This document shows, piece after piece, positions 53,819 through 64,000 of a stretch of 64,000 nt of DNA. This DNA comes from Yuukianura sp. NJ FZ-2021 (Eukaryota), in NCBI GenBank assembly GCA_046563655.1, contig CM102283.1, positions 9,052,001 to 9,116,000 of the forward strand, in the 5' to 3' direction. Position numbers and translations under genes: made by a program. The notes under the pieces are model-generated. The model was not told where the DNA came from. It did no database searches and saw only the letters and a program-made list of their open reading frames with translations. Positions within the stretch are counted from its first letter, which is position 1; every line of letters starts with the position of its first letter.

Positions 53819-56399
53819 CCTGAAGTTTCACGCTGTAGCTGACTTCTGTGGGTCAACTAGCGGAATTTTGTTGAAAATGATGCTATTTTCTGTCTAAACC
53901 GACCAGATCCAAGTTTCCAGATTTAGAAAACGGACTTAAAAGCCTTGATTTTGATTAGTTCGGGTTCTGGTTCTTTGGAGAAAGTACGGCCGGACCGGCA
54001 GCTTCTGTTTCTGTTTCCTAAGTGCTTTCAAATTAGGAGCCTTGTATTCCGTATCGTGTCTTCTCACGTCAATCTGAAATTTTAATTAACCACACATACA
54101 TTAGTTATACACAACGCACAGAAAAGTAGTCAAGATGTCAAAGACAAAGTTTCTGGTTCAGTGACGACTGAACTTAAGCCGTGAGTTGGACTCTTAAAGA
54201 TACAAGTGTAACCTCAAACATATTTTATCAAAGGATAGTACTAATGTAAGCACTTTCCCTGTTTGTCTTGCTCGAGATAATTCTAGTTGGTGACTAATCG
54301 AATTAAGTTGTAGGCTCAAGTGTATCAATTCGCACATTAGCCGGTTATAGCTTTAGAATCCAAACTCCAGTACAAGACTGGGAGTAACAAAAAGTCCAAA
54401 TCTGGCTAAATACATATCGCTTTCCAATATAATTTGACGCTTGAGGTTCATCAAATTGGATTTGGGTGGGTCTTCGATTGTGATTTATATTTCACAGGCA
54501 GGGTCAATAATAGACGCTTCAATCAATCTTATTGTCTATCGACCCATACACCACATTACCTTCGTTTAAAAAAAACACTTCTCAAACAGTAAATACTTGC
54601 TTTCTATTGATCAATTGATCCTTCGCTTCAGAACCGCTTATACTTTACAAGTGAAAACTAATCTGACTACTGCTGCAGTAGGTGGGAGATCACTAAAGAA
54701 ACAGACGCGACAATTACAATATGGTAAGCATTTGCAACATTATCTTAATTGAACATGAAATTTTAGCATGCTGAGTTTCGACCTTTGGGCTTTAGGACAG
54801 AACTTCCAAACTTTGCAGAAATTTTACTACTTAGTAAAAAAAAATTAAATTTACTTGGGGTTGGATTTCAAACGCTGTGTTAATGAGTTTTTTGCACTGC
54901 TAAAATATTCACACAGAAGTAGCCTTGATAAAATGTGCTTATGTTAGCCAATGGCACAAATGATTCAAAAACTGGTAGGGAAAATGTTTTACTGGATTGA
55001 ACTCTGAGCGGAAAGTGCACTCAGCAAAATTCGTTAATAGAAATTTTTCGAGGGTAATGCCACAATTGAAGAAAATTTTCCATTGAGGCATAGAGTCCCT
55101 TCAAAATTCGGTCCCTCCCTATTCTGAACAAGATTTCTAAGGGTGCGCTTAAAGACTTCGGTTGTTTAAGGGCAACGGATGGATAGCGGTTGAATCGTAG
55201 AACCCTACACTATTTCCAACATTCTTTGTTTTCAAACAAAGCCCGAAGGACCAGAATCCAGATTGAGCATTCGAAAAAGAATAGGTTCGCTAAGATCCCG
55301 AATTCCTTTACAGAAAATCGTTTTAAGTTTCCTTTAGCACAAAAATTCATTCGGATGAATAGATTTAAAAATATTCCAACAACCCTCACCTTACTTACAA
55401 TGTCAGGCCTCCAAGGGTAGGACGGGATTTCAGTCTTGTAAGGATGCCGATGCCGTCGTCAAGAAAATTTAGGTGACTGTGCAAAAGTTAAATCGGATTA
55501 TCCTTACATATTGACGAACATACTGACAAAGTACTAATTAAGTAAAAACGTCAAGTAACCTTACCTGTTGAAGTTGAAGTTACACAGGGACGTATTGCTT
55601 CTGTCACTGGCGAAAGTAAGATAAACTTAAAGGTGTAAACCACTTATTAAACTTCACGCTTCAGACTATCAAACCCAACCGGCCGGCGAAATAATTAATT
55701 GAAAGCCGAAAAAAAAGAGACAGACAGCAGGCCACACACATACACACACGAACCAAGGAACCAACTCATCAACACTTTTTTTTTACACAGTAAACTTCCA
55801 AGAAGCAAATTTAAATAATACAAATTCCCGCTGCCTACAAAATTGTCGAATCGTAATTGGCAATTCCTAAATTTCGACCAAATCCGCAATTGCCAATGCT
55901 AAAGTATGGCCAAAAACGGCAGAAATTAGAATTGAATGGTGGTTCCGAAGGAATGAAATAGTTCTTCCGCGTACCTATGTACATCAAATTAAGTGGAAAT
56001 ACAGATATTTATCCATGTTATCCAGCCATTTATTCCGGATAAAAGTGAATGAAATATATTCCGCACTGGATATCACTGGACGAAACGTCAAAAAGAGGGT
56101 ATCCAACAGCAATGGCAATTGAGCAATTGGAATTGTATTTTGCCAACATTTTGACACTTCCATTTTGCCAATTCGTGGAACCACTTAATTAATTTTACGT
56201 ACTTATCAGGAAAACAACCGGTGTTTACTAGATTAGATATTAATGATTAGTCTTGAATTACGGTAGTTATTAGAAATTCTTATTTTTGCAGGTAATTGAC
56301 GACCTGTAGTTGATGTCAGTGACAGGACTACAGCAGAACAAATAAATTCACTAATCACAAAAAGATTCGGTAATCGAACGGCCGGCGGCGATTAACAAG

Positions 56400-59300
56400 A
56401 TGTTGGCACTGAGACTGAAGTTAGTTGAAGATAAGTCGGTTTTACTATTGAAGAAGAGATATTTTCGAACATGGTCGCCAAAATACGCCACCGCTCAACC
56501 CAAAGTGGCACCGAAACCAGCAGAAGTTGCGGCGAAGCAGGAAAAGGTCACACAAGTTGTTGGCATTCCATACAACCGGCTAATCGTTGGAGTTCCGAAA
56601 GAAATCTGGCCGAATGAAAAGAGGTTTGTAGTGGATCTTTACTAGGAATTAATGAATATGCTAAGAAAATGCTTACTTTTAATTCCTTTTCAGGGTTGCA
56701 TTGACACCAGACCGTGTTGGAGATTTAGTGAAGAAAGGTTTTCAAGTGAAGGTGGAATCTGACGCTGGAATCGGTGCAAAGTTTAGAAATTCTGACTATG
56801 AAGCTAAAGGAGCAACTATCACGAATACTAAGGACGTATTTCAATCGGGTAATCGAGAATCGAACTCACTGGAATTCAATTTATCAGTTCCGAAAACTAA
56901 CTATCATCGCTTTCATATCCTGCAGATATTGTGCTGAAAGTGAGACAACCATTGGAACAAGAGGTGGACAACTTTGTTCCTAATTCTACGCTCATCAGTT
57001 TTATTTACCCAGGACAAAATCAAGCTTTGTTGAAACAGCTAGCGGACAAAAAACTTTCCGTATTTGGTATGAAACAGCTATTCGCAATTTCAATTTCAGA
57101 TTTCTTGTGCCCTAACCCATTTTCGTTTTCTAGGAATGGACACTATACCAAGAGTTTCCCGTGCACAAGTTTTTGACGCTTTGAGTTCTATGGCTAACAT
57201 CTCGGGTTATCGTAGCGTCATTGAGGCTGCGAACTACTTTGGAAGATTTTTCGCAGGTAAGCATTACTGAAAAAATCATTTCTGCGTAAGACTACAACAG
57301 TTCTTGTCTTGCAGGTCAGATAACAGCAGCTGGAAAGGTATGTTTCTGAAGGACCTCGGTTCAAGGTCAAGAGGGAGATGGTTGGTCAATGGGCACAGCG
57401 CTGATTTAAAAATATTCAAACAATGTAATAATTTCTTTTTCGTTTTCCTTCGTAAGGTTCCACCGTGCAAGGTGTTGGTTATCGGTGGAGGCGTAGCAGG
57501 CCTTGCAGCGGCAGGTCAAGCCAGGTCAATGGGCGCCATCGTAAGAGCATTTGACACTCGAGCTGTCGTGAAAGAACAAGTGGAATCCATGGGCGCTGAG
57601 TTTCTGACGATCCATATGAAAGAAGAGGGAGAGGGTACTGGAGGTTATGGAAAAGTAAGTCAAACTAAATCCTTCCAAATATTAGCAAGTTTTTGATTTC
57701 TGCTTAAAATTGTAGGAAATGTCCGCAGAATTCATCAAGGCAGAACATGCCCTATTCGCAGCACAAGCAAAGGAAGTGGACATCATCATCTCGACAGCTT
57801 TGATCCCGGGTGCCAAAGCTCCAGTTCTTGTGCTCAAGGAACATATCGAATCCATGAAGCCTGGAAGTGTCGTTGTTGACCTTGCGGCTGAATGGGGAGG
57901 GAATATTGAAACAACTCGTCGGGGAGAAGTGTACACTTACAATGATGTTGTTCATATTGGACTCACCGACTTCCCTTCACGTCTTCCAACACAATCGTCT
58001 ACACTGTATGCCAACAACGTTTCTAAATTTTTGCTATCAATGGGAGAAAAGGACCACTTTCATGTCAATCTGGACGACGAAGTAGTTCGTGGCAGTATGA
58101 TTCTAAAAGACGGAAACTTGCTATGGCCACCACCACCGCCAAAAATCCATGCAGCTCCTGCCAAACCAACGAAACCAGCAAAAGTAGAGCCCAAACCAGT
58201 AGATCATTTTCAGGTAAAAACAAAATTCCAGGAACTAGAACGTTATTGGTATTGCCCAAGTATGCAAAACTTATCTTTGTTACAGGAAACACTAAAAAGC
58301 GCAATGTTGTACACTGGTGGATTTGGAGGCTTGATAACTCTTGGTTCAATTTCTCCCAACGCAGCGTTTTCCACAATGGCTACCACATTTTCACTTGGAG
58401 GCATTGTAGGATTCTATTCCGTGTGGTCTGTCACACCAGCGTTACATTCGGTGAGTTTTAACCTGCAACTTTTTATGGTAACTTATCGAGCCTCATACGT
58501 TTGTTTCCTCATTTTAGCCCCTCATGGCTGTAACAAATGCCATATGTAAGTTTAAGTTTAGTGAATTTTTTTTAGGTGGAGTCAAGGCATGAATTTGATT
58601 TTGTTTTTAAATTTCAGCCGGTGTAACAGCCGTGGGAGGCTTACTACTGATGGGGTAAAAAATTCAAACAATCGCGGTATACTGGGCAGCAGTGTTGATT
58701 TGTGTTTGAATTTGATTGTAGTGGAGGATATTACCCGACCAGTGCAATTGAGTCTCTCGCTGCCACAGCCACATTCATCTCCTTCATTAACATTTCCGGT
58801 GGATTTTTGGTGACGCAGCGGATGCTGGACATGTTCAAACGACCAACAGACCCTCCAGAACACATGTACTTGTACAGCATTCCTGCTGCTGCTTTCGTCG
58901 GAGGCTATCTGTATGCCCTGTCCCAAGGATATCCTGAAATCCACCAACTTGCATATCTCGGATCTTCTCTTTGTTGTGTCGGAGCTCTTGCTGGACTGTC
59001 GACTCAGAAAACTAGCAGAGTGGGGAATACACTGGGACAAATTGGAGTCGGGTCAGGGTTGGTCACTACTTTGGGATTGCTCAATCCATCCATGGAAGTT
59101 CTAGCTCAAATGGGTGGAACAGCATTAGCTGGAAGTCTCATTGGAACTCTCATAGCCAAGAAAATTCAAATCACTGTAAGTTCAATTTCAAGGTCACATG
59201 ATTCCCTCAACAACTAAAATTTCGTTTGTTTTGCCCAGGATCTTCCTCAATTGGTAGCTGGATTTCATAGCTTGGTTGGATTAGCTGCTGTACTAACATG

Positions 59301-60796
59301 TTTTGCAACATACATCCATGACTACCCTACCTTCGCTACTGCTGCTGACGCCAATGTTATCAAGACAGCACTGTTTTTAGGAACGTACATCGGTGGAGTC
59401 ACTTTCAGGTTAGCCAGAATCTTGACGTTGGAGAGAGTTGAGAGTTACAAATCTAAATACATATTTCTGTTACAGTGGATCTCTGATTGCTTATGGAAAG
59501 TTGCAAGGAATCCTCAAATCGAACCCTCTTCTGCTACCCGGCAGACATGCGCTGAACAGTGCCCTATTGGCTGGAAATGTTGGAGCAATGGCTTACTACT
59601 TCATGGATCCTTCGATGACTGCTGGATTATCAATGCTTGGGACGACTGGACTTCTATCAGCTGCCATGGGTGTCACTTTGACATCAGCCATTGGAGGTTC
59701 CGTTTTTACACAATTTTGACATGTTTCAAGTTTTTGAATCTTGGTTTTCCTGATTGGCTAGGAGCTGACATGCCTGTTGTTATAACTGTACTGAACTCTT
59801 ACTCTGGATGGGCCTTATGTGCTGAAGGATTTATGCTGAACAATTCCTTTATGACGATCGTCGGAGGACTAATCGGTGAGTGACAAAAGCTGTTAAAATA
59901 TAAAAAAAATACTAACGCTGATGATTCTTACAGGGAGCAGTGGAGCCATCCTGAGCTACATTATGTGCAAGGCTATGAACAGGTCTTTGCCGAACGTAAT
60001 TCTCGGAGGCTACGGCACTTCCTCGACACAAGGCGGAAAACCAATGGAAATCACTGGCACCCACACAGAGATAAACGTCGACGAAGCAGTGGAATCTATC
60101 AGACAAGCGAAGAAGATTATCATCACCCCTGGCTATGGTAAAACTTCATCTTCGGCGAATTTAAAATTCAATAATCTAATTGAATCTAAAAATGTCAGGA
60201 CTCTGCGTTGCCAAAGCACAGTACCCAATTGCCGAACTGGTCAAGATCCTCCAGTCACAAGGCAAAAACGTCCAGTTTGCTATCCATCCAGTAGCTGGAA
60301 GAATGCCTGGACAGTTGAACGTAAGTTCAGCACATCACAAAGCTCTTCGAGATTTTAAGTTTTTGTTATTGGTTAGGTTCTCCTTGCTGAAGCAGGAGTA
60401 CCTTATGAATGCGTAAAGGAAATGGACGAAGTTAACGATGAATTTGAGGACACTGACCTTGTTATGGTGATCGGAGCCAACGATACTGTCAACACTGCGG
60501 CAGAGGATGACCCCAATTCAATCATCGCAGGAATGCCAATTCTCCGTGTTCATAAGGCACATCATGTTATTGTCATGAAGAGAACACTTGGAGTTGGCTA
60601 TGCCGGTGAGTTGGTTACCTGAAAATACTGAAAACTGTTGCCAAGTAACAAATTAACATTGCAATTCTTTGTTTTAGCTGTGGATAATCCACTGTTCTTC
60701 AAACCAAATGCAAGTATGTTGTTGGGAGATGCCAAGGTCATGTGTGACAAGATCCTGAACAAGGTCAAATCCGATGCTGCCATTTCCGGGTCATAA
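56400..60796 (+). CDS. NNT: Mitochondrial NAD(P) transhydrogenase (fused dI-dII-dIII)
   Basis: Many exons. [89 protein letters not shown] and GYAAVDNPLF. Confidence 0.96.
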
Positions 60797-62059
60797 GACT
60801 CTGCAGTTTCTGCGATCCATTGACGAAACCTGTCTACTTTTGGAAATTTTATGTAAAAAAGAGTGTTAGGTAATGTGTGATTTTAATTTATTGTTCCAAT
60901 TATTCCAGCAATTAATTTTCGCTTTGACATTGATCTTGTACATTTCCAGAATGTAAAATTAAAAATTATTTCTAAACAGAATTCAAATTACTCCGTTTAG
61001 CTTTTTTTTTCAAAATTCTTATAAGATAAGTTTCCTTATACATAGTGCACTTTTCTTCAAAATTCTCATTTCCGTTTAAAATTACTAAAAATTGCATCTT
61101 ATAAGTTCACACAATGTCCAAAAATGTTAAAAAACCAAAAGTTCCGGGTGGAACAAATTAAAAGGGGGATCGTAGTATTTCGTTGAAAAGTTAAAAGTCA
61201 GAGTTTAAAAGCCTATAAATAAAGTAATTACCTAATTACTAATTACTTTAAATCTCATTCAGGGAAAGTAGTTCATAGAAGATCCATTCGCTATTAAGTG
61301 TAGGCAGTTACGTAATAATTCGCATAATGTAAATACCATTGTAGTATCAAAAAATAGAAAAAAGACACAAATTACGCTACCAAACAAAGGGGGAGTAAAT
61401 GACCAAATTAGTTTAAAAAAAAAAGAAAAAAAAAACTTGCATATCGTTGAGTAGCTCTCCCACTTTTTCTAAATTTTGTAAAATTAATTAATTAAGTTTA
61501 CGATTAATTAGTTCCACTCTAGCACATTCAATTTGGTTAGCACTAAATGTCTTGGTTGTCCAATTGCTAAAGGAAAAAAGAGAAGACAAAAGACTTTTCT
61601 AACTGAGAATTGATCTACAAAGTTGTTAAATTGTAAAACATGGGTATTTTCTAAATTCAGTTTTTAGTGTAAATTGTAATCCAGTTTTTGTCATTCCCAG
61701 TCACCCACATACAGACGATTCTGTGGACTAAAGGTGCTTGGATTTCGCATTGGAAGGGGTAAGCGTCCATAAATTGGAGCATAAATTGATTCACTCAATT
61801 CAGATTCTACAAAAACAAATCAAGGTTTCACAAAAAGCATGATTAATACTTTCAAAAAAGTTATTGGCAACTTTTTTTTACTGAAAAGTTAGGAGGTAAT
61901 TTCTAATCTAATTTGAGGAACAGCAGCGGTAGGTTTAAGAACAGTTTAAGCACGACCAGCAGCAGCGATTTTTGAAAAGTTTGAATTAAAGCGCCCCAAA
62001 AAACAAACATAAATGGCGTTGAGGTTAACCCAAGCAAAAAAAAAAAAAGCAAAATGCAT

Positions 62060-62127
62060 CACTTTCATACTAATGAAATCAGCGTCCGTCCGACACTCTC
62101 ATACTAATGAAATCAGCGTCCGTCCGA
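62060..62127. repeat. 34-bp tandem duplication with one mismatch
   Basis: CACT(T/C)TCATACTAATGAAATCAGCGTCCGTCCGA occurs twice. Confidence 0.9.
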
Positions 62128-62318
62128 ACAGTCCCCCGTAACTGTCACCCAGTCGTATATAAAAGTTATTTACACTGCACTTCATTAAGTAAAAACAATT
62201 ACAATTTACAAATGTTGTTTACGTAATTACAACATAATACAAATATGCTATTACTCCTAAAATTTTTACAAATTTACAAAAATCTAACCAGTTCAGACCC
62301 CTATTTCTCAACTTTCGA

Positions 62319-64000
62319 TCACATCATGGCACTTTCCTTCGCTGAAACTAAAATCAGTGCTGAACGTTCAAAAAACACTGCAAATCGCTGAAAATCGCTC
62401 CAGTTTATGAAACCCCTTAAAAATTTCTTTCCTTAAAAAAAGTCGTTTTAGAAGATGAAAGGCAAAGCGGCTCAAGACTGCCAGTAATTTTCCCACTCAC
62501 TTTCTTCAGTTTCTGCAAAAGTCATGCGTAGAAATAAAAGTGTTTAGTGCATGCATTTACGTTAAAAGTCAAAAAGTAGTGTAAAATTCTTACAACTAAT
62601 ATACAAAGACTATATAAAGTTTCAAACCAAAAAATCATTTCCTCAAGCATGGCAGTGGTGAGATGTGCAGCAAAAAGTCAAATAATTACAAACGCTGCTG
62701 CTGCTGCTCACTGTTCTGTTTTTTGTTGCGCATGCGTAAGGTTTCCAACGTTCGCTTATAATTTTAAATCTTACCGCTCTCGAAGGTTTGATTCCAAGAA
62801 TATTTATCACTTCCATTGATTTTTCTTATGGACAATGGATCTGCGTAAGGGTTCGAATGAATTGAAGCTGCAAAAAAAAACACAACAAATTTTTTCTAAA
62901 ACTGAAAAATCTAATGAAAAGCCAATTTCCTGATTAAATTGACCGGGCGTCAGAAATTTTAAACGAGACATGCAACATCCTTTGACTCTTTGAAAAAAAA
63001 ACGAATTTGAAAACGAATTTGAGGTGTTTGACACCTCATCTCGTTGGTAAAAATGAAACACCTTAGAAATTGATACGATTTGAACTACAAATTGGTTCAG
63101 ATCGCGTGTAAAGAATCGTTTCCGCAAAAATTTCAAATCGTAACAACTTTTTCCCAGTAATTGGCACTTTTGTGTGAAACGGGCCTTATGCATGGGTTAC
63201 ATGAGTAAAAGTATTGTAATTTACCCATTCCAGAATCGACGGACTTGGCATGCCACATCATGGGATGACCAGGTAATGGTCCACTTCCGGCCAAGAATCT
63301 GGGCGGAAGCTGAGCATGGAGTTGGATGTTGTTGTTGTTCTGAGTCAAAAGATGCCCCGTACCATTGGACAAGGTAGCGACGTGACCATTTCCGTTGACG
63401 CCTGGAGTTGCTACGACTACGAGTGCAGTTGGAGGTGTTGGCTGCATGTGGACTTGCTGCTTGGCTTGAAGAATTGCTGGAGACTGTTTAGGCTTGTTTC
63501 TAGACGGAAGAGCTTTCTGCACAAACGCTGGAATACGAGCACGCAGGCCGCAGTAGTAGGGGTCATCTAAACAAAAAGGAATCAAAAATCGCATAAAATC
63601 TACCCAAAACAGTTAGATTTTTTTGCAAACGTTTCAAAATTTCGCAAAGTTTTCAAAATGTTACCGTATTTTCTGTCTTTTCCTTGAGGCTTGTCTTTAG
63701 CACTTGTTCGGGACGAGTTTAAAAATGGTTTCAGCATTGGCTCTACTTCTTCTATCGTATCGTCATAGTCGGGCTGAAACAAAAACAAAGTTGTACTTTT
63801 GTGTAAAACCAAAATTTTTCAAAATTTTGAGCAAGTTGTTCTAACTTTTGGTATATTCAAATCTCTCGGTGGAAGTTTCGGTGGCTTGTCGCTTCCAGCT
63901 CTGGAAGTTTTGATTCCACCGACCATCGTGTACGGATCCTCGTCTTCCCTCGGCAGTGGAATCTTCGGGCGATGTCGAATGTCTTGTCCATTCGGTATGC
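62319..64000 (-). CDS. 3' part of an unidentified multi-exon gene that continues beyond the window
   Basis: Phase-1 exons at about 63774-63665, 63567-63225, 62868-62775 and 62341-62319 splice in frame; includes DDPYYCGLRARIP and WHAKSVDSG. Confidence 0.55.

Overview
Eukaryotic, gene-dense, AT-rich arthropod DNA with mostly short GT-AG introns. Gene content and intron style suggest a hexapod such as a springtail, but that is inference only. All gene models were spliced by eye. Left to right: an E23-like ABCG half-transporter whose upstream region has three ecdysone-response-type IR1 elements and three phase-compatible candidate first exons; a spliced, truncated Transib/RAG1-like gene head-to-head with NASP; a housekeeping block (NASP, NTMT1, RpL35, ARPC5, RNF5/185, mTERF-like, two tandem TPMT-like genes); several orphan genes, some encoding secreted peptides; an atypical co-oriented replication-dependent histone cluster (H4-H3-H1-H4-H4-H2A-H2B, each with the same 3' stem-loop) that carries two copies of a secreted double-psi-beta-barrel-like protein of possible microbial origin; a divergent IDH3-gamma; an intronless ionotropic receptor; ALKBH4; an ITIH (VIT-VWA) gene ending in a clip domain; a secreted KPQKP-repeat protein; NADP-IDH head-to-head with NNT; and the 3' end of an unidentified gene. 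The best leads are the DPBB-like/H4 cassettes, the IDH-NADP/NNT/IDH3G neighbourhood, the Transib-derived gene, the E23-like regulatory region and a micro-inversion in the H2B promoter. I saw no CRISPR array, rRNA or tRNA.
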